From assembly GCA_963712165.1 (NCBI GenBank), contig CAVQGY010000003.1:16749-80748 (forward strand): a DNA stretch of 64,000 nucleotides, in the 5' to 3' direction. Below, one piece after another: positions 37,964 through 47,915 of this stretch (position 1 is the stretch's first letter; each line of letters opens with the position of its first letter). The position numbers and the translations under genes were made by a program. This DNA is from an uncultured Chloroflexia bacterium (GTDB taxonomy: Bacteria; Chloroflexota; Anaerolineae; Anaerolineales; UBA11858). Below the pieces are notes generated by a model. It saw only the letters and a program-made list of their open reading frames with translations. It ran no database searches and was not told where the DNA came from.

Positions 37964-39206
37964 CCTTCACCAGCTCATGGAACGGGAGGGCATTGATGCG
38001 CTGTGGATCTTAGGGGCTGCCAGCCATAATCCAGCAATGACCTATTTCACAGGCAATGTGCACGTTGGATATGGGGACTTGATCCTTCTTAAAGGAAAAG
38101 AGCCGGTTCTCTTCTGTAATGCCATGGAAAGAGAGGAGGCAGCATCAACCGGACTGGAAACCATCATTACAGCCAAGTATGAGCTTGTGAAAGTGTTAGA
38201 GGAGTCTCAGGGCAATCTGCAGCAGGCTGGTGCGAAGGTCTTAATAATGATGTTCGAGGAGTTGGGACTTACCAGCGGGCGGGTCGCTATTTATGGAAAG
38301 ACCGAAGTTGGTCCGGTCCTGGGCAGGATACAAGAGGCTCAGAAATTGCTTCCGAAAATTGAATTCATTGGAGAGGCAGCAGATTCGATCATGCTTGAGG
38401 CCCGGGCAACCAAAGATGAATGGGAAATTGACCGCATCCGGGAGATGGGGAGAATAACCACCGAGGTTGTACGTAAAACAGCTGATCTGCTCCAGGACTG
38501 CCATGTAAATGCTGAGGAGATATTACTAGATGAGGTAGGGAAACCGTTAACTATCGGTGATGTGAAATCCCTCATCAATCTCTGGCTGGCCGAGCGTGGA
38601 GTGGAGAACCCGGAAGGAACGATCTTTGCAATTGGGAGGGATGCCGGAATACCCCATAGTGCTGGGAAACCAGATGACATCCTCTGTTTGGGCAAGACCA
38701 TCATTTTCGATATCTTCCCCAGAGAGGCCGGCGGAGGTTACTTCTTTGATTTCACACGCACATGGTGCTTGGGATATGCGCCAGAAGCGGAGGAAGAGCT
38801 TTATCAAGATGTCAAATATGTCTATGAGACCATCATGGATGAGCTGAATATGGATGAAAAAACTACTGTCTTTCAGGATCGCACATGTGAACTCTTTGAA
38901 GAACGAGGGCATCCCACCATCCGCCAAGATGGGCAGGCGCAATCAGGTTATGTTCACAGCCTCGGCCATGGGCTGGGCCTCAATGTTCATGAACGCCCTT
39001 GGTTCAGCAAGCGTGGTCCGATGGCTGATATCCTTTTAGGTGGATCCGTTGTGACAATTGAACCTGGTCTCTATTATCCAGACAGCGGCATGGGCTGCAG
39101 GTTGGAAGACACAGTCTGGGTGCGCCCAGATGGCGGAATGGAGATCCTAGCTGAATATCCCTATGACCTGGTTCTCCCCATGAAACACTGGAAAGGGAAC
39201 AGCTGA
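37953..39206 (+). CDS. M24-family Xaa-Pro aminopeptidase/dipeptidase
   Basis: Metal-ligand region HSLGHGLGLNVHE and VVTIEPG. Start placed at ATG 37953 (MKTDLHQLMEREGIDALW), overlapping the selA end. Confidence 0.85.
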   Translation: MKTDLHQLMEREGIDALWILGAASHNPAMTYFTGNVHVGYGDLILLKGKEPVLFCNAMEREEAASTGLETIITAKYELVKVLEESQGNLQQAGAKVLIMMFEELGLTSGRVAIYGKTEVGPVLGRIQEAQKLLPKIEFIGEAADSIMLEARATKDEWEIDRIREMGRITTEVVRKTADLLQDCHVNAEEILLDEVGKPLTIGDVKSLINLWLAERGVENPEGTIFAIGRDAGIPHSAGKPDDILCLGKTIIFDIFPREAGGGYFFDFTRTWCLGYAPEAEEELYQDVKYVYETIMDELNMDEKTTVFQDRTCELFEERGHPTIRQDGQAQSGYVHSLGHGLGLNVHERPWFSKRGPMADILLGGSVVTIEPGLYYPDSGMGCRLEDTVWVRPDGGMEILAEYPYDLVLPMKHWKGNS

Positions 39207-39234
39207 GATCGACTGGAAAGATTGAGGGTGTCCT

Positions 39235-40305
39235 ATGAGTGAAAATCAAGATCAAGGATCCCGGCAGCAAAGCCTGGAGTCTCCAGTTGCCCGGATCCTG
39301 GGAATCGAAACCTCCTGTGATGAAACTGCCGCGGCAGTTGTTGAAAATGGGCGAGTGATCCTGTCTAGCACAGTAGCTTCCCAGGTGGATTTGCATGCCC
39401 AGTTTGGTGGGATCTTCCCTGAAGTTGCCTCCCGCCAGCATATTCTCTCGATTTATCCCATTGTGGATCAGGCTCTGAAAGGTGCCCATTTGAAATTGGC
39501 CGATTTGGACGGAATTGCTGTCACTCGGGGCCCTGGCCTCCCCGGCTCCCTTGTAGTGGGCATCAATATGGCCAAAGGATTGGCAATAGGAAGCGAACTA
39601 CCCCTGCTGGGAATCAATCACCTGGAGGGCCACCTTTATTCAGCCTGGTTGGGAGATATCGGCCAGGAACCCGATAAAACACCGGAATTTCCCCTTCTGG
39701 CCCTGATCGTTTCCGGGGGGCATTCTGAGTTGATCCTGATGCGTGACCACTTAGTTTATGAAAGACTTGGCGGTACCCTGGATGATGCTGCAGGCGAGGC
39801 TTTCGATAAGATTGCACGCTTGTTGGATCTTGGCTATCCGGGTGGCCCTGCTATCCAACAAGCCGCTGAGGGTGGAAATCCACAAACGTTTGATTTTCCC
39901 AGGTCATGGTTGGATGATTCTTATAATTTTTCCTTCAGTGGATTGAAAACAGCTGTGCTCCGGACTGTGCAGCAATTAGAAAAACAGAAAAGCACCCTGC
40001 CCAAGGCGGATCTGGCTGCCAGCTTCCAAGGGGCTGTGGTTGATGTGCTATTCAAAAAGACCATCGATGCTGCAGCGGAATACGGAACCAAAGATATCCT
40101 GGTTGCAGGTGGTGTTTCTGCGAACCAGGCCCTTAGGAAAAAATTCAATGCTCAGCGAAAATACCGGGTCCATATCCCGCCCCTATTCCTTTGTACCGAT
40201 AACGCAGCCATGATCGCTGCGGCAGGTTGTTATCGCTTCCAGGCTGGACAGCGGGACGACCTAGAAATGGATGCTGCTCCCACCTGGTCGATCTCAGACC
40301 TTTAG
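39235..40305 (+). CDS. tsaD: tRNA N6-adenosine threonylcarbamoyltransferase
   Basis: 356 aa. GIETSCDET, NHLEGHL, LIVSGGHS and CTDNAAMIA. Confidence 0.93.
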   Translation: MSENQDQGSRQQSLESPVARILGIETSCDETAAAVVENGRVILSSTVASQVDLHAQFGGIFPEVASRQHILSIYPIVDQALKGAHLKLADLDGIAVTRGPGLPGSLVVGINMAKGLAIGSELPLLGINHLEGHLYSAWLGDIGQEPDKTPEFPLLALIVSGGHSELILMRDHLVYERLGGTLDDAAGEAFDKIARLLDLGYPGGPAIQQAAEGGNPQTFDFPRSWLDDSYNFSFSGLKTAVLRTVQQLEKQKSTLPKADLAASFQGAVVDVLFKKTIDAAAEYGTKDILVAGGVSANQALRKKFNAQRKYRVHIPPLFLCTDNAAMIAAAGCYRFQAGQRDDLEMDAAPTWSISDL

Positions 40306-40343
40306 GAGAATTCGTTTCGTCGATAGATTGATCAACCTACTAT

Positions 40344-41333
40344 ATGAGGTATCTGATGTCCAATCTTTTGAAATTCCTGGAAAATATAAAGGTAGCTCAA
40401 TGGATCTTGATCGGAGCCGGGCTTGCTCTTGGAATAACAGCTTCTATACTGGGGATCAATGATAATCCCCCCGGTATCATCGCACTCTATATTTCGCTGG
40501 CCTGCCTGGCAGCTGCCTGGGTCTGGAACCTGCCAGCCCCGAGGGACTATTGGATCGTTTTATTGATATCCCTGGCAGCTTTTCCAGTTGGAGTGATCCT
40601 CCATAATGCGTTTTATGGTTTGGCGATTCTCACCTCAGAGATCCCTGTTCTAAAGGGACTGATGGAAATACTCCACGTATTCTTCTTCTTAGTAGCCGTG
40701 ATGGCTGCCGGCCCGGCAGCCCTGATGGCGTTGATCGGTGGTATAGTCCGCAGTTGGCGCGGGATGAGCCACCTGACATTCAAGAACCGAAGTATTCGCC
40801 GATTTAAAGGTAAATTCAAGGTAGGGGAAAAAAGGCTCCGCAATCTGGTCAACCTGGCCCGGCAGTCAGCTTCAGGTGCCAATCTTCAACCGTTAAAATA
40901 TGTCCTTTCCTATTCAGAAGACCGGAACCAGCTGATCCACCCTACACTCTCCTGGGCAGGATATCTGAAGGATTGGCCGGGACCAGAAGAGGGAGAGCGT
41001 CCCTCGGCTTATATCATCATATTGGGAGATACAGATCTGGGAAATAGCTTCCAATACGATGCCGGAATCGCTTGCCAAAGCATCACACTGGGTGCTGTAG
41101 AAATGGGACTGGGTGCCTGTCTGATCGGTTCGATCAAACGCGAGACTTTGCGAAAAGCTCTCGCAATTCCTGAAAAGTATGAAATCCTACTGGTGATTGC
41201 CCTTGGGAAGCCGGCTGAGATTGTGATCATGGATCCACTCGAGGAAGGGATGGATATCCAATACTGGCGGGATGATAAAGCCCGGCATCATGTACCCAAA
41301 AGGGATTTGGACGAGATGATCCTGGACCTTTGA
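40344..41333 (+). CDS. nitroreductase-family domain preceded in the same ORF by a ~140-aa four-helix membrane domain
   Basis: C-terminal 189 aa: NRSIRRF..., SGANLQPLKYV, GACLIGS. N-terminal 140 aa: four hydrophobic segments. The internal ATG at 40764 would give a stand-alone nitroreductase. Confidence 0.7.
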   Translation: MRYLMSNLLKFLENIKVAQWILIGAGLALGITASILGINDNPPGIIALYISLACLAAAWVWNLPAPRDYWIVLLISLAAFPVGVILHNAFYGLAILTSEIPVLKGLMEILHVFFFLVAVMAAGPAALMALIGGIVRSWRGMSHLTFKNRSIRRFKGKFKVGEKRLRNLVNLARQSASGANLQPLKYVLSYSEDRNQLIHPTLSWAGYLKDWPGPEEGERPSAYIIILGDTDLGNSFQYDAGIACQSITLGAVEMGLGACLIGSIKRETLRKALAIPEKYEILLVIALGKPAEIVIMDPLEEGMDIQYWRDDKARHHVPKRDLDEMILDL

Positions 41334-41355
41334 TCTTCAATTGTGGATCAATGAT

Positions 41356-41385
41356 AAAAAAACACCGCTCTGCGGTGTTTTTTTT
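41356..41385. terminator. bidirectional intrinsic terminator
   Basis: AAAAAAACACCGC / TCT / GCGGTGTTTTTTTT, between convergent genes. Confidence 0.8.
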
Positions 41386-41498
41386 AATGAGACTGGTATC
41401 ACTCACTTGAAAAAATATCAATCATTCTCGTGAGGTCAATGCCCATAAGTAAGCAGTTGTTTCTGGGCTTTAAACCCTCTACGTTGAGGTGGGAGATA

Positions 41499-42368
41499 TC
41501 AAACCATTCCTGTCTGATCGATCAATCCCCTTTCCCCCTGATCAGATTTGATCACATAAGCGAGAGCAATTCCCCAGATCGCAAAGAGAATCACACCACG
41601 CAGGCCAAAAAAACTGATTCCAAATTGGCGGAGGATGACCATCAAGTAGGTAGTTGGAACATTTGCATATATGCCAGTGATCAAGATCCTCGCAAAATCG
41701 AACCCTTTATGACTGATAGATATTACTCCCCAGACAATTAATCCCAACAAAACCAAATAGACAAACCGTCCCATTGAGAAGAACAGGAAACCTCCCACAA
41801 GCACAATAATGTTGATTATCACAGAAAATCCTGACCAAAAGGCAGTCAGGCTGTCGGCGTTCAGAACGATCGGGTTGCCAAATGTCATATTGAGATCGGA
41901 CAGCGGTAGCACCTGGTAGCCATCTTCATTAACCAGATGGAATTCATCACGGGTGAGCAGGAATCCCTCGCTATACTGATTGGTGTTGATCTCCTTCATC
42001 GCACCAGTGATGTCTACTGCTATGATCTGGCGGTTATTTTCAATGATGTATCTGCCAGAACCGGAGACTGAAGCTTTACCATTCTCGATGACGATGTCCG
42101 GGATATCACCAGTTAGATAGGCTTCCTCAATTTCTCTGCCAAACTGGTTGAGGGACAAAGCCACAGAACCTGTAGTTAACATCGACTGCAAAATAGCAAA
42201 GACCAGTAAGAACACCAGGGCTGTTCCCATGGGCTTGTGTGAAGCTTCCTTATAATAGGGGCGGCTCCAGATTGGATAGATAAAACCTTTTAACAGCCAG
42301 ACGATATGTTGGTAAAAGCTGGTGGTTCCTTGATTTTCCTCAACATCAATTGGGTGAGAATGGTTCAT
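41499..42368 (-). CDS. hypothetical polytopic membrane protein (possibly DUF1189-like)
   Basis: 289-aa ORF. One early TM, a soluble loop of about 120 aa, then 3-4 C-terminal TMs. The family assignment is from memory only. Confidence 0.45.
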   Translation of the reverse strand: MNHSHPIDVEENQGTTSFYQHIVWLLKGFIYPIWSRPYYKEASHKPMGTALVFLLVFAILQSMLTTGSVALSLNQFGREIEEAYLTGDIPDIVIENGKASVSGSGRYIIENNRQIIAVDITGAMKEINTNQYSEGFLLTRDEFHLVNEDGYQVLPLSDLNMTFGNPIVLNADSLTAFWSGFSVIINIIVLVGGFLFFSMGRFVYLVLLGLIVWGVISISHKGFDFARILITGIYANVPTTYLMVILRQFGISFFGLRGVILFAIWGIALAYVIKSDQGERGLIDQTGMV

Positions 42369-42458
42369 GGGTATCCTCCGTTATCCATCCAGGTTGGGGT
42401 CATCTGCTACTATCATATCATTTAATGATAGGCCCTTCAGCCTTGGCAGGGAGATAAA

Positions 42459-43091
42459 TCAGAAACCAGACTCGTTTATAGCCGCCCGGATATCCTCCCA
42501 GGACAGGGGTCCTTCTCGGAGTAGAACTGGATGATCTGTTGTGCAGTCCAGAACCGTTGAGGCCATTCCGCTGGGTGACCTTCCACCATCCAGAATCAGG
42601 TCCACTTTGCCCCCCAGCCGGGATTGAACATCAGATGCGGTTACCGCGCTAGGCTCTCCGGATAGATTGGCTGATGTGGCTGCCAATGGGCCTGTTTCTC
42701 GAAGCAGAGCCCTGGTGAAGTCATGATCTGGAACACGCAGTCCGATGGTCGGTGTCGGGGAGATGTTTTCCGGTAGGGAAGGTAGAAGAGGAACTACCAG
42801 GGTTAGCGGACCAGGCCAAAATTCCTCCGTTATCTTTCTTACCGTTTGGGAGAGAGGAGGCGTGATCAGCTCAGCAGTCTCAGAATCTCCCAGAAGAATT
42901 GGGATGGCTTTCAGGGAAGATCGCCCTTTTACATGATAGATCCTCTCAATGGCATCAGTTTGAAAGGCGGAAACCCCGATCCCGTACACGGTATCCGTGG
43001 GGAAAGCGATCAATCCTCCGGACTTGATCAGTTCCACAGCCTGGGTTATTGCTTCTGGATGATCGATGGGCAGTATGATTGGATTATTCAT
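42459..43091 (-). CDS. tsaC: L-threonylcarbamoyladenylate synthase (YrdC/TsaC-type)
   Basis: FPTDTVYGIG, WPGPLTLV and SANLSGEP. Start placed at the ATG forming an ATGA overlap with the prmC stop (43088-43091). Confidence 0.88.
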   Translation of the reverse strand: MNNPIILPIDHPEAITQAVELIKSGGLIAFPTDTVYGIGVSAFQTDAIERIYHVKGRSSLKAIPILLGDSETAELITPPLSQTVRKITEEFWPGPLTLVVPLLPSLPENISPTPTIGLRVPDHDFTRALLRETGPLAATSANLSGEPSAVTASDVQSRLGGKVDLILDGGRSPSGMASTVLDCTTDHPVLLREGPLSWEDIRAAINESGF

Positions 43092-43972
43092 AAGCATTGA
43101 ATCGATAAAAAGCGGTCTTGTCCGGACAGGTCCTGGCTCAACTTCAGGGTCATACCCGGCCAAACTTCCTTGGCAAGGGCCAGAGCAGAAGCACCACATT
43201 CCTCATCCAGCTCCAGGAAAATTGCCCCGGCAGGCTGCATATGCTGATGGGCGTTCTTTAATACCTTCTTAATCAAAAACAATCCGTCAGACCCTCCATC
43301 AAGTGCCAGAGACGGTTCCTTTGTATAGATTGATAGTGATCGCAGTTTTGCTGTGGGGATATAGGGCAAATTGGCGATCAGAAGATCCACTTTGCCATCC
43401 AGGCCAGTTAGAAGATCACGCTCCTGGAAAACGATCTTATCTTCCACTTTGTGTCGCGAAGCATTTTCCCGGGCTACCTGTAATGCTCTGTTAGATATAT
43501 CCGTCGCAATGATCCTCAAATCAGGTATATTTTTCACCAGGGATACCGCGATACATCCACAGCCGGTGCCAATCTCAAGGCAGCTCCTGCGATGGGGATG
43601 TTCTTTGAACCAGGACAGGGCGAGCTCAACGAGCCCTTCAGTCTCTGGGCGGGGGATCAATACATCTTCTGTAATTCTGAATTTTAACTGGAAGAATTCC
43701 CATTCCCCGATCACATAGGGCAGGGGGGTGCCATTCTTGATCCGGTATAAGGACTGGCTCAGGAGGTCTTGTTCTTCCTGGTCCAGGATTGGATTTGGGT
43801 CGGCTAGGAGTTGAGATTTGGAGAGCCCGGAGATATATGAGAGCAGAACCAACGAGTCCAGGTAAGGGAACTCGCTGACGGGCGTCAAGTCTTCTTGGAC
43901 ACGTTTTATTAAAGTCTTTGGGCGGATTTTATTCTTCGTCAAATCCTGCCGCGGCGAGGCGGTTGGCTTCAT
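43088..43972 (-). CDS. prmC: release-factor glutamine N5-methyltransferase
   Basis: SAM motif EIGTGCGCIA and substrate motif IANLPYIP. The ATG at 43972 overlaps the prfA end by 44 nt. TTG at 43888 is an alternative start. Confidence 0.88.
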   Translation of the reverse strand: MKPTASPRQDLTKNKIRPKTLIKRVQEDLTPVSEFPYLDSLVLLSYISGLSKSQLLADPNPILDQEEQDLLSQSLYRIKNGTPLPYVIGEWEFFQLKFRITEDVLIPRPETEGLVELALSWFKEHPHRRSCLEIGTGCGCIAVSLVKNIPDLRIIATDISNRALQVARENASRHKVEDKIVFQERDLLTGLDGKVDLLIANLPYIPTAKLRSLSIYTKEPSLALDGGSDGLFLIKKVLKNAHQHMQPAGAIFLELDEECGASALALAKEVWPGMTLKLSQDLSGQDRFLSIQCL

Positions 43973-45011
43973 CCTCGGTAGCTAGCTCCTCAATAAAAGG
44001 ATCGATCTGACCATCCAGAACTGCTGCAAGCTGGTGTAAGGAAAAGTTGATCCTGTGATCTGTGATCCGGGATTGGGGGAAATTATAGGTGCGGATCTTT
44101 TCCGATCGATCACCTGAGCCGACCTGGGAACGCCGGTCAGCTTCCTGCTCTTCCCTCCGGCGGGTTTCTTCTATTTCATATAGCTTGGCTTTGAGGATGC
44201 TCAGCGCGCGCTCCCGGTTTTGGAGTTGGGAGCGTTCATCCTGGCATTGGACCACGATTCCGGTGGGTTTGTGGGTCAGGCGAATGGCGGTTGAGTTCTT
44301 CTGTACGCTCTGGCCACCTGGACCGCCAGCTTTATAAACATCCATTTCAATATCACTGGGGGGAATCTGTATCTCGTCCACATCATCTACTTCTGCCAAA
44401 ACTGCTACCGTGGCAGTTGAGGTGTGGATGCGTCCCTGTGATTCGGTTTCCGGGACTCTCTGTACTCGGTGAACACCTGATTCATATTTGAGTTTGGAAT
44501 AGGCACCCTTACCTTTGATCAAGGCTGAAACTTCTTTCAAACCACCTACGCCAGTTTCGCTGATGGACAGGATGTCAACTTTCCAGCCCTGGCGTTCAGC
44601 AAAACGGCTGTACATCCGGAACAGGTCTCCTGCGAAAAGCCCGGCCTCATCACCTCCCGCTCCTCCCCGGATCTCAAGGATCACATTGCGTTCATCCCTG
44701 CGGTCTTTGGGAATTAACATGCGCTTGAGCTGTGACTCCAGGCGCTGGATCTTTTCATTCAGAGCCTCGATCTCTGCATTGGCAAGATCCTGCATCTCCA
44801 GGTCACCGCTATCCATGAGGATCTGGGCTTCCTCATATTGAGCCAGGGATTCCTTATATTGTTGAATCGCTTCTATAAATGGTTCCAGGTCAGCTTTTTC
44901 TTTACCGAGCTCAGCTGCCAGCTGATAATCATCACCAACAGAAAGCAACTGCCGATTGACCTCATCATACCGGTTTTCTATTCCGTTTAGTTTTTCCAAG
45001 AGCATTTTCAT
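43929..45011 (-). CDS. prfA: peptide chain release factor 1
   Basis: 360 aa. GGQSVQ motif and RF1-type tripeptide region RVPETESQGRIHTS. Confidence 0.95.
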   Translation of the reverse strand: MKMLLEKLNGIENRYDEVNRQLLSVGDDYQLAAELGKEKADLEPFIEAIQQYKESLAQYEEAQILMDSGDLEMQDLANAEIEALNEKIQRLESQLKRMLIPKDRRDERNVILEIRGGAGGDEAGLFAGDLFRMYSRFAERQGWKVDILSISETGVGGLKEVSALIKGKGAYSKLKYESGVHRVQRVPETESQGRIHTSTATVAVLAEVDDVDEIQIPPSDIEMDVYKAGGPGGQSVQKNSTAIRLTHKPTGIVVQCQDERSQLQNRERALSILKAKLYEIEETRRREEQEADRRSQVGSGDRSEKIRTYNFPQSRITDHRINFSLHQLAAVLDGQIDPFIEELATEDEANRLAAAGFDEE

Positions 45012-45145
45012 AATATTTGACGCACCTATCTTAAACCTGAAATGGATAGCGGGGAAATTATACCATCAGGTACCCATAGAAAAATGAAGAGTGGAACTTG
45101 AAGATGGTTCATTGATTTCGGACCATTAATGGATTGTGAATCCTG

Positions 45146-45174
45146 TTGCATACATACCTTCTTCGTGCTATAAT
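45146..45174 (+). promoter_or_regulatory. strong promoter of rho (TTGCAT - 17 nt - TGcTATAAT)
   Basis: TTGCAT at 45146-45151, 17-nt spacer, TATAAT at 45169-45174 preceded by a TG (extended -10). This implies a leader of about 150 nt before the ATG at 45331. Confidence 0.6.
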
Positions 45175-45330
45175 TCAGGCGTTCAAACCCCTCGTTTAGG
45201 AAAAATTGAACCTGGATTAATCCCTATTTCGGCTTTTAATAGCTGAAGTTTGCGTGTGATATTGAAGAGTCCTCAATTTCAATCTAAGTGTATTATTCAC
45301 CTATCAGATAGACCCCAATAGAGAGAATAT

Positions 45331-46602
45331 ATGGAAACCAAAGAATTATTCGCAAAGCCACTGGCTGAATTGCGTCAAATTGCCGAAGATTTGAACGTTG
45401 ATCGGGCAAAATGGCTCAAAAGGGAAGCCCTGGTCTTGGAAATTCAGCGAGCAGATGCTGAACTGAATGGCCGGGAAGTCAGGGGAGGCATTCTGGAAAT
45501 TATGAGCGAAGGGATCGGTTTTCTGCGCTCAGCACATTATATGTCTGGGCCAGATGACATCTATGTTTCCCAATCACAAATCCGCCGATTCGATCTTCGC
45601 AGCGGCGACCTTGTGATCGGCCATGTTCGCCCTCCTCGGAATTCTGAACGCCATTACGGCTTGCTGAAGGCGGAAAGTGTCAACGGCTTGGAGCCTAAGG
45701 AAGCCAAACGGCGACCAGATTTTCATTCCTTGACCCCGATCTTTCCCAATGAACGATTTGACCTGGAAACTTCTCCACATATCACCTCGACCCGATTGAT
45801 CAACCTGATCACACCCATTGGTAAGGGCCAGCGTGGATTGATCGTTTCTCCACCGAAGGCAGGGAAGACAACGATATTAAAGGAAATAACCAATGCTGTA
45901 TCCGGCAAGTATCCCGAAGTGCATCTGATCGTGGCTCTGATCGGTGAGCGCCCGGAAGAGGTGACAGATATGGACCGCTCGGTAGATGCAGAGGTTATCT
46001 CCTCAACATTTGATGAGCCCGTCTCATCGCATGTACGTGTGGCTGAGATGGTTCTTGAACGGGCCAAACGGTTGGTTGAGTCCGGGATGGATGTGGTGGT
46101 CATGCTTGATTCCATCACCCGGCTAGCCAGGGCCTATAACCTGGTCGTCACCCCCTCCGGCCGGACGCTGTCAGGTGGCATCGACCCCTCAGCCCTCTAT
46201 CCGCCCAAGCGCTTTTTTGGTGCTGCCAGAAATATTGAAGAAGGTGGCTCACTAACCATTATCGGCACCTGCCTGATCGATACAGGTTCCCGGATGGATG
46301 ATGTGGTCTACGAGGAATTCAAAGGTACAGGAAATTTGGAGCTCCATCTTTCCCGAACCCTGCAGGAAAGGCGGGTATTCCCGGCCATCGATGTCTCCCG
46401 GTCTTCCACCCGGCGTGAAGAGCTTCTCCTAGGACCGGATCTCACGCCCCGTGTCTGGCTAATGCGGCGCATGTACGACCAGATGGTTTCTGATCCACCT
46501 CACGGCGCCGGCATGGATCAGGCCTCTGCCACTGAAACTATTATCAAGCGGATCAGCGAGACCAGCGATAATGAAGAGTTCCTGGCCACGCTGAATGAGT
46601 AA
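45331..46602 (+). CDS. rho: transcription termination factor Rho
   Basis: 423 aa. Rho_N-like start (LAELRQIAEDLNV), RNA-binding GFLRS, and Walker A SPPKAGKTT. Confidence 0.95.
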   Translation: METKELFAKPLAELRQIAEDLNVDRAKWLKREALVLEIQRADAELNGREVRGGILEIMSEGIGFLRSAHYMSGPDDIYVSQSQIRRFDLRSGDLVIGHVRPPRNSERHYGLLKAESVNGLEPKEAKRRPDFHSLTPIFPNERFDLETSPHITSTRLINLITPIGKGQRGLIVSPPKAGKTTILKEITNAVSGKYPEVHLIVALIGERPEEVTDMDRSVDAEVISSTFDEPVSSHVRVAEMVLERAKRLVESGMDVVVMLDSITRLARAYNLVVTPSGRTLSGGIDPSALYPPKRFFGAARNIEEGGSLTIIGTCLIDTGSRMDDVVYEEFKGTGNLELHLSRTLQERRVFPAIDVSRSSTRREELLLGPDLTPRVWLMRRMYDQMVSDPPHGAGMDQASATETIIKRISETSDNEEFLATLNE

Positions 46603-46628
46603 ATCCGAACCAGAGAGAGATAGCGATC

Positions 46629-47693
46629 ATGCGTAGGGACATATTGCTTTCCTGGTTTCTTTGGGTCATCGCAATTCTGCTGCTGACTGGTGCGGGTTCG
46701 TTGGCCTGGGTCAGGTATTTTACGGATTATGACCTCTCCCTGACAACTGCCGCTCCGAATCCAGCCCAGGAATCTCCTCGGCGAGAAGAAGAAAACATCC
46801 ACATCCCCGATTTTGTTCATGAGATCAAACCGCCCGCTATAACCCGGGCTGTGAAGCCGCATACTGTTATTCCTGAGAGAGAGAACACACAAGTTCTTAC
46901 TTACCTGGTTGAGTTTAATGATTCTATGTTCGGTCTGGCCGCAAAATATGATCTTGAGCCAGAGTCTATCCTCTGGTCCAATTATGATGTCCTTCGGGAC
47001 GATCCCCACTCACTATCACCTGGTATGGAGTTGATTATTCCACCTATTGATGGGATCTATTATCAATGGGAAGTTGGAGATACCTTTGAATCTGTGGCGA
47101 AAAAATTAAAAACGGACCCCGAATTGATCATCAATTGGATCGGTAACGATCTGGACCTGCTTGACCCGGTTGTGGAGGCAGGTGAAATGGTCATGGTCCC
47201 AGGGGGACAAAGGGAGTTCCAGCAGTGGATCTTGCCTACTATTGCCCGCGGTCAGGCAGGTGTATCCTCCGGGCTGTATGGCGCAGGAGCCTGTGTGGGG
47301 CCATTTGAGGGCTTGTATGGAGGTGGCGGATTTATCTGGCCGACCATTGGCCACACACTATCTGGGAATGATTTCTGGGGAGGCCATCTGGCGATCGATA
47401 TTGGCTTGGTGGTAGGAGAGCCGGTCTTCGCATCCGATTCTGGAGTGGTGGTCTTTGCAGGCTGGGCTACAGGTGGATACGGAAATGTGGTAGTTGTGGA
47501 TCACGGAACCGGCTACCAGACGTTATACGCCCACCTTTCTGGGGTGACTTCTGGCTGTGGGCAGAGCGTTTATCAAGGCCAAACTATCGGCTTGGGTGGA
47601 AATACAGGAAACTCATCAGGAGCTCACCTTCATTTTGAAGTCCGCTACCAGGGGGGATTCGTAAATCCCTGGTACGTGCTTCCACCTCCCTAA
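46629..47693 (+). CDS. LysM-domain M23 peptidoglycan metalloendopeptidase
   Basis: N-terminal TM, two LysM-like repeats (YLVEFNDSMFGLAAKY, YQWEVGDTFESVAKKL), and M23 motifs HLAIDIG and GNSSGAHLHFEVR. Confidence 0.85.
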   Translation: MRRDILLSWFLWVIAILLLTGAGSLAWVRYFTDYDLSLTTAAPNPAQESPRREEENIHIPDFVHEIKPPAITRAVKPHTVIPERENTQVLTYLVEFNDSMFGLAAKYDLEPESILWSNYDVLRDDPHSLSPGMELIIPPIDGIYYQWEVGDTFESVAKKLKTDPELIINWIGNDLDLLDPVVEAGEMVMVPGGQREFQQWILPTIARGQAGVSSGLYGAGACVGPFEGLYGGGGFIWPTIGHTLSGNDFWGGHLAIDIGLVVGEPVFASDSGVVVFAGWATGGYGNVVVVDHGTGYQTLYAHLSGVTSGCGQSVYQGQTIGLGGNTGNSSGAHLHFEVRYQGGFVNPWYVLPPP

Positions 47694-47717
47694 CGAGTAC
47701 AGGACATTTTAGGAGAC

Positions 47718-47915
47718 ATGATGACAAAAGAGATAAATGATCAGGATTTTGACACTCAAGTGATCGCTGAAACTGAGAATTACCTTGCCTGGAGGGCTGA
47801 TGAGCCGGATGGCGAGAGCACATATCACCTGGAGCTCAACAATCTAACGGTCCACTTCTTTCAAGAGGAATGGCGTGAGTTTTTAGAGCTGGCCGATATT
47901 TTATTGGACCGGTAA
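47718..47915 (+). CDS. small acidic hypothetical protein
   Basis: 65-aa ORF 24 nt downstream of the M23 peptidase gene, preceded by TAGGAGA. No family recognised. Confidence 0.4.
   Translation: MMTKEINDQDFDTQVIAETENYLAWRADEPDGESTYHLELNNLTVHFFQEEWREFLELADILLDR

Noticed and set aside
43092-43199. 36-codon 5' extension of the tsaC ORF
   Set aside because: It overlaps the prmC 3' end. The ATG at 43091 forms an ATGA junction with the prmC stop and gives the usual YrdC-type N-terminus.
46518-47009. 163-aa minus-strand ORF spanning the rho end and the M23 start
   Set aside because: It is antisense to two supported genes and crosses their intergenic spacer.
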